NCBI GenBank assembly: GCA_965227035.1 | Contig: OZ245724.1 | Span: 3,072,605-3,136,604, forward strand | Reading direction: 5' to 3' | From: Burkholderiaceae bacterium | Lineage (GTDB): Bacteria > Pseudomonadota > Gammaproteobacteria > Burkholderiales > Burkholderiaceae_C | Length of the DNA stretch: 64,000 nucleotides | In this document: positions 25,826 to 34,050 of the stretch, piece after piece | Layout: each line of letters opens with the position of its first letter | Numbering within the stretch: position 1 is the stretch's first letter | Made by a program: the position numbers and the translations under genes | The notes under the pieces: model-generated | Database searches by the model: none | Told to the model about the DNA's origin: nothing | What the model saw: the letters and a program-made list of their open reading frames with translations, nothing else

Positions 25826-26812
25826 TTAAGGAGTGATCTTTGCGGTCTTGATCACTTGCGACCACTTGTCAGATTCCGACTTGACGAACGCGGCGCTGTC
25901 AGCGGTGCTGGTGTAGCCCGCGACTTCGCCCGACTTCTCGAGCGCTTCGATAGTGGCCGACGCGGTGAGAACCTTCTTGGCTTCTGCGTTCAGCTTTTGC
26001 ACGATGGCGTCTGGAGTTCCTGCTGGAACGAAGAGGCCGGTCCAGAAGAGGACTTCGAAATTCTTGATGCCTGATTCAGCCACTGTCGATACGTTGCCGA
26101 ATGCTGGGGGACGCATCGGGCCCGACGTGGCGATCGCGCGAATGCGGCCGTCTTTCACCGCCGGTCCCGCAGCTGCGATGGTGCTGAACGCCATCTGCAC
26201 ATGACCCGCCATCAAGTCGGCCATGGCAGGCCCGCTGCCCTTGTAAGGAACATGTGTGAGCGGCACGCCGCTACGCAGTGCAAGCAATTCGCCCGCCATG
26301 TGCGGCGTAGTGCCGACGCCCGCCGATGCAAAACTCACCTTGTCGGGGTTTGCCTTCGCGTAGGCGAGCAGGGAAGGAATGTCGGTGATCGGTAGTTGCG
26401 CATTCACCGACAGCACCAGAGGCGATGCAGTGAGCAAGGAAACTGGACGAAGGTCCTTCAACTGGAAGGGCAGATTCGCCTGCAGTGCCGGGTTGATCAC
26501 GACGGAAGGATCAATCACCAATAGCGTCAAACCGTCCGGCGCCGATTGCGCCACGAACTGCGCGCCGATCATTCCGCCTGCGCCGGGACGGTTGTCCACT
26601 ACTACTGGTACGCCCATGACCTCGCCCAGACGCTGCGCCATTGCACGGCCCACGAAATCGACTGCACCGCCAGGCGAGTAGGGCACGACTACCTTGATGG
26701 TGTGACCCGATGGGTAAGCCGCCGATTGCGCCATCGAGACAGAAGAAAACGATGCAGCAAACACTGTGCATGCTGCAAGCAGGAGCGTCTTGACGGGAAG
26801 GCGGCGATTCAT
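25826..26812 (-). CDS. Bug-family (TctC-like) tripartite tricarboxylate transporter substrate-binding protein
   Basis: 328 aa with a signal peptide. The AYPSGHTIKVVVPYSPGGAVDFVGRAMAQRL and VPYKGSGPAMADLMAGHV motifs are typical of Bug proteins. Confidence 0.9.
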   Translation of the reverse strand: MNRRLPVKTLLLAACTVFAASFSSVSMAQSAAYPSGHTIKVVVPYSPGGAVDFVGRAMAQRLGEVMGVPVVVDNRPGAGGMIGAQFVAQSAPDGLTLLVIDPSVVINPALQANLPFQLKDLRPVSLLTASPLVLSVNAQLPITDIPSLLAYAKANPDKVSFASAGVGTTPHMAGELLALRSGVPLTHVPYKGSGPAMADLMAGHVQMAFSTIAAAGPAVKDGRIRAIATSGPMRPPAFGNVSTVAESGIKNFEVLFWTGLFVPAGTPDAIVQKLNAEAKKVLTASATIEALEKSGEVAGYTSTADSAAFVKSESDKWSQVIKTAKITP

Positions 26813-26837
26813 GGGGAGCTCCTGGAGGGACGTGGGT

Positions 26838-27374
26838 TTAGAAAGGTTGCGTCAGCGCTGGAAAGCTCTGATCGCAATTGGTGAGTTCGACCTTCTTGAG
26901 GACGATCTCGAATCCTTGCGCGACAGGGCGCAGCACATGGCGATAGCGACCACCGAAGAATCGGCGTGGTGCCGTGAAACGGTCTTCGAGCATGATGAAT
27001 TTCGACGTGACTGCGACGAGCCCGTCGTCGTGCTCTTTCTGCGTCGTGTCGATGTTGAAGCTGGACACCACACGCACGCAGGACGACGCCGGATCCTGAC
27101 AATGGATCATCTCGTGCGCGAGCCGCGCAGCACGCGTTTTGAGAATCGTCTTGTCGTCGTAGAAGATCGACACGTTGCTCAGGAAATCGAGCTGTCCGCG
27201 CTCTGCGGGCACCCAGTAGGCACCGTCTTCTGCGAACAGGTTTACCCAGGCGTCGAAGTCCTGACGATCGAGCAGATCGGTCTCATGCTCGACGAAGGTG
27301 CGCAGGGTGTGGATGTCTGCAGCGGAAGTTACAGCAGAAGGTACGGCGGGGGCGAGTTTGAGTGTGGTGGTCAT
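26838..27374 (-). CDS. aromatic-ring-hydroxylating oxygenase beta (small) subunit, set 2
   Basis: I place the start at MTTTLKLAP (ATG = complement of 27372-27374), preceded by GGGAGA at 7-nt spacing. An alternative ATG at 27389 overlaps the alpha-subunit stop. NTF2-like, 178 aa. Confidence 0.8.
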   Translation of the reverse strand: MTTTLKLAPAVPSAVTSAADIHTLRTFVEHETDLLDRQDFDAWVNLFAEDGAYWVPAERGQLDFLSNVSIFYDDKTILKTRAARLAHEMIHCQDPASSCVRVVSSFNIDTTQKEHDDGLVAVTSKFIMLEDRFTAPRRFFGGRYRHVLRPVAQGFEIVLKKVELTNCDQSFPALTQPF

Positions 27375-27388
27375 CGTTGTTTCTCCCA

Positions 27389-28693
27389 TCACGCGCTCAT
27401 CAGGTCGCGCCATGCGTAATGACGCATGCGTTGGCCGACTTCGCTGGAGCGCGGGCCGAACTGAACGCCCTGCCCTTCGTCGATTTCATCGCCCAGGCCC
27501 TTGGCAACCAGCACCCAGTCGGTTCCCTGTGTTTGCAGGCCTTCCTGGCAACGCTCGAAACCTTCCAGATCGTCCGACTGGATGAACGATGCGGCTGCGT
27601 GGCTGATGTTCACGAATCGAACCAGGTCTTTCGAGATTTTTTCCGGAGCACCCTTGAGCTTCACCGGCCAGATCTCGACTTCGGTCAGATCTACGGCAAG
27701 CGGTCGAATGACGCGAATCGATGTCTGGGCCATCACGATGTCTACGTTGGGAAACAAGGTCATCGAATGGCGACGGTTTTTCAGGATGTCCTTGGTGCGG
27801 TCTTCGCCGTAAGCGTTCACCATGAGTGCGCGGTACTCATCGAAGTCGCCGCCGGATTGCTCCTTGTCGAATAGCGATGCTTCCGAGCTATGGCCCTTGA
27901 GGAATCCGCGAACACCGGTCTGCGCAACTATGGCTTCGCCATTGGGTGCGAAGAACATCGCCTCGCCGCCCTTGCCGCCGGGACGACGCTGGAACTGACG
28001 ACCGTCCGGACCCACTGTGGATCCATGACATGCAGCCGGGTGGTACATGTCGGCCATGTTGTCCATTTGCAGTTTCCAGTTGCCGCGATAGTGATAGCGG
28101 TGGCAGCCCGACACGAGCTCGATTTGTCCGATGGGCGAACGATCGACGATCTCATCGATACCTGCGCGTGCGGGGCCGAGGAAATCGAGCAGCGGTTCCA
28201 CGTCGGGATTCAGCGACGCAAAGATGAAGCCGCGATAGTTTTCTACACGCGGCAATTGCGCCATGCCGAATTGCGGCTCCTGAAGAACTGCCTCGGGAAA
28301 GTCGCTGCGCATAGGAACGCCCGCGAGCTCGCCGTTCGGACGAAAGCCCCAGCCGTGATACATGCACGTGAACGCCTTGGCATTGCCACGAACCTTGTTG
28401 AGCACCTTCGAGCCGCGATGACCGCAGCGGTTGAATAGCACGTAGGTTTTGCCATCGGTATGACGGCTGAGCACCATCGACTGACGCGCGACATTGGTGG
28501 TGTAGTAATCACCCGGATTCGGCACCAGGCTTTCGTGTCCGATGTAGAGCCACACCTTGCCGAAGATCTTGGTCATCTCGGCTTCGAACACCTGCGGGTC
28601 GACGTAGATGCCGCGATGAACGCGATCCAGCTGAACCATGCTGTGAAATTGCTCGGGCGTATACGACGTCTGAGGAATGGGTGAGTAAGTCAT
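27389..28693 (-). CDS. Rieske non-heme iron oxygenase alpha subunit, set 2
   Basis: 434 aa. CGHRGSKVLNKVRGNAKAFTCMYHGW and DNMADMYHPAACH. Confidence 0.9.
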   Translation of the reverse strand: MTYSPIPQTSYTPEQFHSMVQLDRVHRGIYVDPQVFEAEMTKIFGKVWLYIGHESLVPNPGDYYTTNVARQSMVLSRHTDGKTYVLFNRCGHRGSKVLNKVRGNAKAFTCMYHGWGFRPNGELAGVPMRSDFPEAVLQEPQFGMAQLPRVENYRGFIFASLNPDVEPLLDFLGPARAGIDEIVDRSPIGQIELVSGCHRYHYRGNWKLQMDNMADMYHPAACHGSTVGPDGRQFQRRPGGKGGEAMFFAPNGEAIVAQTGVRGFLKGHSSEASLFDKEQSGGDFDEYRALMVNAYGEDRTKDILKNRRHSMTLFPNVDIVMAQTSIRVIRPLAVDLTEVEIWPVKLKGAPEKISKDLVRFVNISHAAASFIQSDDLEGFERCQEGLQTQGTDWVLVAKGLGDEIDEGQGVQFGPRSSEVGQRMRHYAWRDLMSA

Positions 28694-28741
28694 GTTGCTT
28701 GTCTGGTGTTGTCGTTATCGGATTGCGCTGCGTTTCGCTTC

Positions 28742-30106
28742 TCAGCTTTCGAAAAAGCCCTGGCCGGTCGTTTCGTCGTAGCGAAAGAGTCCGTTCAGAA
28801 AAATCTTGTGCTTCTCGTAGTACATGCGTTTGCGTGGAGCAGGCGGTGTGCGATCGATCGGCTCGCCGCCCTTGAAAATGAAATCGAACTTCGATGGCTT
28901 TTGCAGCACCGTGATGTCTTTGGTCGGATCGCCGTCGATGACCAGGATGTCGGCGTAACGCCCAGCTTCGAGCTTGCCCACCTTGTTGCCGAATCTTTTG
29001 AAAATCTTCGTCGCACCCAGCGTGGTGGCATGGATCGCTTCGAGCGGTGTGAAGCCCAGGTACTGCACGAAGATTTCCGCTTCGCGCGCGTGCCAATGTC
29101 CATACGGCACCGGCGACCAACCCGATTCGGATCCCTGCACGAACGGCACTCCGGCCTTGTGTGCCTTGGTGAGATTCACGACCGCAGCATCGACTTCGCG
29201 TTGGAATGCGTCGGTGCTCGACACGCCGGCAGATGCGCCCTTCGCTTCGCAAATATTTACGAGCAGGGGCAAGGTCGGGATGATCACCGAGCCGTTCTTC
29301 AATGCGTTCTCGATACCCTCGTCGTCGATGTACGACGCATGAAAAAGAATGTCGAATCCTGCGCGCGCGGCATCCAGTGCAGAGTCACGAGTGCGGGCAT
29401 GCACCGAACACATCTTGCCGAGACGATGAGCTTCGTTGGCGATGAGTTGCAACTCGGGCAGGCTCATGGCCGAGCCATCGAGCGAGTCAGGCGTGATCAG
29501 TGAATCGCTTGAGCCGGACACCTTGATGCAGTCGACACCGTCTTTCACCTGATAGCGAATCTGCGAAATGATGTCGTCGTTCGAACGCATCAGCACACCG
29601 GCTTGACCAGGCGGGAACTGCATTTCGTTGGGGAAAGAATCTTCCAGCCCCTGATTGTTCGTGAGCTGTCTGCCCGACACCGCAAAACGCGGACCATCAA
29701 ACATGCCGCTGTCGATCGAATCGCGAACCGATTGCGCAATGTTGTAAGTGGTGGCCGCATCGAAGGCGCTGGTCACACCTGCCTGCAACACCTTCTTGGC
29801 GTTCCAGACTGCCTTGAGCGTGCGGAATTCGACTGGTGTGTAGAGGGCCAGTTCCTCTTCCGAACGCGCTTCACCGAATGAAATATGGGTATGTCCGTCG
29901 ATGATGCCCGGCATGACGGTGCGGCCTGGGAGATCGATGACTTCGTATTCGGTCGTCTTGTATTCCGGCGGCAAGGCAGCCGCTTCGCCGACCCATGCAA
30001 TGGTCTCGCCAGTCGTCGCCATTGCGCCGTTTGCGATCGGCGCGTTCAGGCTGCCATCGACGATTTTTCCGTAGAAGACGTACCCTTTTTTAATTCCGTT
30101 GGTCAT
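28742..30106 (-). CDS. metal-dependent amidohydrolase (PF01979-like)
   Basis: I use the internal start MTNGIKKGYVFYGKIVDG (codon 153 of the 606-aa track ORF; ATG = complement of 30104-30106), which overlaps the upstream stop as ATGA. PGIIDGHTHISFGE (HxH) motif. Confidence 0.8.
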   Translation of the reverse strand: MTNGIKKGYVFYGKIVDGSLNAPIANGAMATTGETIAWVGEAAALPPEYKTTEYEVIDLPGRTVMPGIIDGHTHISFGEARSEEELALYTPVEFRTLKAVWNAKKVLQAGVTSAFDAATTYNIAQSVRDSIDSGMFDGPRFAVSGRQLTNNQGLEDSFPNEMQFPPGQAGVLMRSNDDIISQIRYQVKDGVDCIKVSGSSDSLITPDSLDGSAMSLPELQLIANEAHRLGKMCSVHARTRDSALDAARAGFDILFHASYIDDEGIENALKNGSVIIPTLPLLVNICEAKGASAGVSSTDAFQREVDAAVVNLTKAHKAGVPFVQGSESGWSPVPYGHWHAREAEIFVQYLGFTPLEAIHATTLGATKIFKRFGNKVGKLEAGRYADILVIDGDPTKDITVLQKPSKFDFIFKGGEPIDRTPPAPRKRMYYEKHKIFLNGLFRYDETTGQGFFES

Positions 30107-30936
30107 GCGACGCTCGCGCTTTCTGTTGTCTCGAAGAAGTTGTTCGCCAAGCTGATGAACTTTCCCGGATGCTCGAACGCCACCGAGTGCGAGCAATTGC
30201 CGAGCATCACGACATCGGCTTGGGGAATCGACCGGGAGAGAACCTCGGTGAGTTCGGGTGGGAACGCGAGATCGTTGCGGCCATGCACCATGAGCACGTC
30301 GCAATGGATCTTTCCGAGCTCGTCGGCAGAGAGCACCGCGGCATCGACGAACTTGCGTTTGTCGCCACCGAACATCTGTCCGAAATAGCCTTCGTATTCG
30401 CCGTCGAACAGCACCTTCTCGCGGTTGAGCAAATACGCTTCGTCGATCAGCGACTTGTCGTGGATCAGGTTTTCCGCCGCACGCTGCAACTCGGCGCGAT
30501 TCTTCGGAAATGTCCAGGTCTGCTCGGTCGCGACGTTTGGTGTGAACACGATGCCCATGCACCCGGTGGTCATTACCTTGACGATGCGCGAATCGAGCGC
30601 GGCCAGCTTCAGCGCCATCGCACCGGAAATCGAATGACCGATGAGCCCGATCGGGCCGGCAGGCATTTTCGCGATCATGGCCTGCGTCTGCGCGATCCAG
30701 AGAGCCATGTCGAAATACGGAGGAGCCGGCTTTCGCTTCGATTTACCGAACCCGATCAAGTCCATTGCATAGACATGAAAACGGCTCGATAGCGGTTCAA
30801 GCACCTTGCGCCAGTTGCCGATGGAAGACACGCCCGGTCCGGAGCCATGCAACATCAGGATAGGGAACGCATCGGAAGCGCCGCCTTCGAGGTAGTGAAC
30901 CTCGAGTCCTTCGAAAACGAAATTCTTTTCCTGCAC
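30103..30936 (-). CDS. alpha/beta hydrolase (C-C bond / meta-cleavage-product or N-formylmaleamate deformylase-type)
   Basis: Motifs HGSGPGVS and nucleophile elbow GHSISGAMAL. I prefer the GTG start at 30936 (GAAGG 6 nt upstream, 13 nt after the RidA stop). The track start at 30963 is a TTG that overlaps ridA. Confidence 0.8.
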   Translation of the reverse strand: MQEKNFVFEGLEVHYLEGGASDAFPILMLHGSGPGVSSIGNWRKVLEPLSSRFHVYAMDLIGFGKSKRKPAPPYFDMALWIAQTQAMIAKMPAGPIGLIGHSISGAMALKLAALDSRIVKVMTTGCMGIVFTPNVATEQTWTFPKNRAELQRAAENLIHDKSLIDEAYLLNREKVLFDGEYEGYFGQMFGGDKRKFVDAAVLSADELGKIHCDVLMVHGRNDLAFPPELTEVLSRSIPQADVVMLGNCSHSVAFEHPGKFISLANNFFETTESASVA

Positions 30937-30949
30937 GTCCGACCTTCGA

Positions 30950-31357
30950 TTAGAGCGCGGCAATGGCCTGAACCTCGACCAGGAAGGGCTCCTGCACCAG
31001 GCGATCCACCATCAACAGTGTGTTGGGCGGATAGACGCCGCTTGTAAAGATCTTTGGAAACTCGCGTAGCCGATAGCTCATGAACTTCGGAATGTCCTGC
31101 GAATGCACCAAGTAAGTCGTGAACTGCACAACATTGGCCCATCCCGCACCAGCGGACTGCAACGCCTTTTCGATGTTGGCGAACACTTGCACGCATTGCG
31201 CGTCGAAATCGTCGACTCCGACAATCTGCCCCGCCTTGTTTGCCGACAGTTGTCCGGAAATGAAGAGCAACTCCGAACACTTGACCCGAGTCATCTGTGA
31301 ATACTGGCCGAGGGGCTCTCCCAGGGTGTCGGGGTTGTAGATCTTGATATCCGGCAT
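30950..31357 (-). CDS. RidA/YjgF/UK114-family enamine/imine deaminase
   Basis: I place the start at MPDIKIYNPDTLGEPLGQYSQ (ATG = complement of 31355-31357), with GAGGAG upstream. 135 aa, ending ..PFLVEVQAIAAL, typical of the family. Confidence 0.85.
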   Translation of the reverse strand: MPDIKIYNPDTLGEPLGQYSQMTRVKCSELLFISGQLSANKAGQIVGVDDFDAQCVQVFANIEKALQSAGAGWANVVQFTTYLVHSQDIPKFMSYRLREFPKIFTSGVYPPNTLLMVDRLVQEPFLVEVQAIAAL

Positions 31358-31480
31358 CGAAATTGCTCCTCGTGAGGGAAAGAAGGTTCTGTAAAAACCG
31401 ATGGCAAAAGATAAGAGCAAGGCAAATCGATGTCAGCCGAATCTTTCTCACTTGCCAGATGAGCTGGATTCAACTGCCCC

Positions 31481-32482
31481 ATGAACACAAGAACTCCCCC
31501 ACTCAATGCGCTGAAGGTTTTCGAAGCTGCGGCGCGACTGAAGAGCTTCAAAAAGGCTGCGGAGGAGCTGCACGTGACGCCGGCTGCGGTAAGTCATCAG
31601 CTCAGCCAGCTCGAGGCGATGCTGGGTGTGATGCTGTTCAAGCGGGTGAATCAGGGCATCGAGCTGACGCCATCGGCGCGGCTATGCCTGCCCAAACTTC
31701 AGGAGGGACTCGATTGCGTTCGCGAGTCGATCGAGCAGATACGCCAGCACGCAACATCGGAAACCATCACCGTTGCAGCGTCGCCGAGTTTTGCGATGCG
31801 CTGGCTGATGCCGCGCTTGCACCGTTTTATCGTCGCGCATCCGGAATTCGATGTGCAGGTGTCCACGAAGATCGGGCCTTTCCGGGGCGGGCGCGGCGAG
31901 CGAAGCAATGCGCTGGGCATTCACGCGTGCGCGGAAGAAGCCGATATGGTGCTCATGTACGGCAGCGGTCACTACCCTGATTTGCGCGTCGAGAAATTGA
32001 TGAGTCTTGCAGTGACACCCATGTGCAGTCCGCAATTGCTGACGGGCGACAAGGCCCTGAAAACACCGGAAGATCTGCGCAATCATCTGTTGCTGCACGA
32101 CGATCGCGGCATGCTTTACTCCAACAAATCGTTCTGGCAACTGTGGCTCGAAAGAGCCGGCGTGCAGGGCGTCAATGCCGAGCAGGGCCCGCGCTTCACG
32201 CATGCCTGGCTCGCGCTTGCAGCCACGCTCGAACACGGCGGCGTCGTTGCGAGCACCCCGCTGCTCGCCGCAGAAGAAATCGCGACCGGCCGTCTGATCA
32301 CGCCATTCGACATCGAAGTGCCTCTGGAATCTGGCTATCACATGGTGAGCACAGAGCAGGCCTATAAACGCGACGATGTGTCGACGTTCAGGGCCTGGTT
32401 GATCGATGAGGCGAATGCCTCGATCGCGTCGATGGCGCCGGTGCCTGATGGGAAGCCGGCGGCTTTGTACGCGGTGGGTTGA
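31481..32482 (+). CDS. LysR-family transcriptional regulator (GcvA-like), divergent from the 17-gene operon
   Basis: 333 aa. HTH region PPLNALKVFEAAARLKSFKKAAEELHVTPAAVSHQLSQLE. Confidence 0.9.
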   Translation: MNTRTPPLNALKVFEAAARLKSFKKAAEELHVTPAAVSHQLSQLEAMLGVMLFKRVNQGIELTPSARLCLPKLQEGLDCVRESIEQIRQHATSETITVAASPSFAMRWLMPRLHRFIVAHPEFDVQVSTKIGPFRGGRGERSNALGIHACAEEADMVLMYGSGHYPDLRVEKLMSLAVTPMCSPQLLTGDKALKTPEDLRNHLLLHDDRGMLYSNKSFWQLWLERAGVQGVNAEQGPRFTHAWLALAATLEHGGVVASTPLLAAEEIATGRLITPFDIEVPLESGYHMVSTEQAYKRDDVSTFRAWLIDEANASIASMAPVPDGKPAALYAVG

Positions 32483-32500
32483 GCCTAGAACTTGGCGCCG

Positions 32501-32542
32501 TTTTCAGGACAAAACACTGGTTTAGGTGTTTTATCCTGAAAA
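32501..32542. terminator. long AT-rich hairpin between convergent genes (possible bidirectional terminator)
   Basis: TTTTCAGGACAAAACAC-tggtttag-GTGTTTTATCCTGAAAA: 16 of 17 positions pair, with an 8-nt loop. A second small hairpin ACGCGTCG-n15-CGACGCGT followed by TTT lies at 32563-32596. Confidence 0.35.
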
Positions 32543-32600
32543 GCTTTATAGATCATGAACTTACGCGTCGGAAAATCGCGTAATTCGACGCGTTTTCAGC

Positions 32601-34028
32601 TCAAACGCTCCATCCCCCACCCAAAGCCCGAATCAACCCCACCGTCGCCAGATACTGCGCATTCTTCACCTGCAGTGCCCTGCGCCGATTGCTGAGTTCG
32701 CTGCGCTGCGCGTCGAGCAATTCCAGCTGGCTCACGAATCCATTGCGATAACGCGAGTCCGACAGCAAGGTTGCACGGGTCGAGGACGCGACCGAACGAG
32801 TTTGTGCGTCGGCCTGATCGGCGAGGATTCTTAAAGCGGCGAGTTGATCCTCGACATCGCGGAACGCCACGAGAACTTGCTCGCGATAGTCGGCCAATGC
32901 GATGTCGAGTTCGGCATTCGAATTCTCGATTCCCGCCTCCCGGCGACCGCCGTCGAAGATCGGCAACGACAACAGCGCGCCGATCCCCCATGCGCTGGTC
33001 GAGGCCTTGAACAGGTCGCCCAGATTAGGCGCCGCGTAGCCGCCGTTTCCGGTTAGCGAGAAGGTCGGAAACCACGCGGCCTTTGCGACACCGACTCGCG
33101 CGGCAGCCGCCTGCATCGATGCCTGAGCTGCAGCCACATCCGGTCGACGCGTGAGCACCGTGCTCGGCACGCCTGCAGGAATCGTCGGCAATGCTGTCGT
33201 CCAGTCGGCTTGCGCCACCGAGAAGTTCGATGCCACTTCACCTACGAGCACTGCCAGCGCATGCTCGATCTCGGCGCGCCGACGGTCGAGCGCGAACGCG
33301 TCCGATTCGGTCGACGCCACTTCGGTGCGAACTCGCGCTACGTCGAGCTCGGCCACATCGCCTTCGCGAAATCGCGACTCGGTGAGCCGCAGCGTGTTGC
33401 GGTACGCGGACAAGGTGTCACGCACCAGCTCACGTTCGGCATCGAGGGCACGCAGATTCAAATACGCCTGCGCCACGTCGGCCTGCACGATCAATCTGGT
33501 GCTGCGAAGCAGGGCTTCGCGCGACTGCGCATCCAACGACGCAGCGTCCGAGTTGAGCGACAGCTTGCCGAGCAAATCGACCTCGTACGACAGACCGATG
33601 CCCGCGCTCACCACCGTTTGCGGCGTGTTGCCTGTCGTGGCGTCACGCGAACGCGACGCACCGACGCTGGCTCCCACTTGCGGCGACCGATCGGCATCGA
33701 CCGAGCGCAGAATTGCGCGCGCCTGACGCAGTCGTCCTGCTGCCACCATGACACTGCTGTTGCGATCGGCCTTGTCCATGAGCTTGTCCAGCGTCGGGTC
33801 GGAGAACACCTTCCACCAGGTGCCCTGAGCTTGCGGTTGCGCAATCGTGACTGCGGCGTTCGCGGAGCTAGAAGTTTCTTTGTACGCAGCGGGCGCTGTG
33901 GGCAAAGATGACGAATCGATGGATGCGCTCGTGGCGCATCCTGCGAGCACCAGCGCTGCGACGAGCGTCGTCAGCGTGAGTGACGCTGTACGTGGTGCAA
34001 ACCTGAATCCTTTTTGGATCGAAGTCAT
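32601..34028 (-). CDS. RND efflux outer-membrane factor lipoprotein (NodT/OprM/OpcM family)
   Basis: I use the internal start MTSIQKGFRF..LVAALVLAGCATS (lipobox LAGC; ATG = complement of 34026-34028), giving 475 aa. 22 nt downstream of the RND gene. Confidence 0.85.
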   Translation of the reverse strand: MTSIQKGFRFAPRTASLTLTTLVAALVLAGCATSASIDSSSLPTAPAAYKETSSSANAAVTIAQPQAQGTWWKVFSDPTLDKLMDKADRNSSVMVAAGRLRQARAILRSVDADRSPQVGASVGASRSRDATTGNTPQTVVSAGIGLSYEVDLLGKLSLNSDAASLDAQSREALLRSTRLIVQADVAQAYLNLRALDAERELVRDTLSAYRNTLRLTESRFREGDVAELDVARVRTEVASTESDAFALDRRRAEIEHALAVLVGEVASNFSVAQADWTTALPTIPAGVPSTVLTRRPDVAAAQASMQAAAARVGVAKAAWFPTFSLTGNGGYAAPNLGDLFKASTSAWGIGALLSLPIFDGGRREAGIENSNAELDIALADYREQVLVAFRDVEDQLAALRILADQADAQTRSVASSTRATLLSDSRYRNGFVSQLELLDAQRSELSNRRRALQVKNAQYLATVGLIRALGGGWSV

Positions 34029-34050
34029 GATGAATTCCTCTTGATCTTTG

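Noticed and set aside
30855-31451. 198-aa ORF overlapping ridA and the hydrolase start
   Set aside because: It is an alternative frame with no motifs, and it conflicts with the well-supported RidA (with its GAGGAG SD) and hydrolase genes.
31358-31480. LysR T-N11-A operator in the ridA / LysR divergent region
   Set aside because: Several T-N11-A matches can be drawn by eye, but none has convincing dyad symmetry, so no specific site is claimed.
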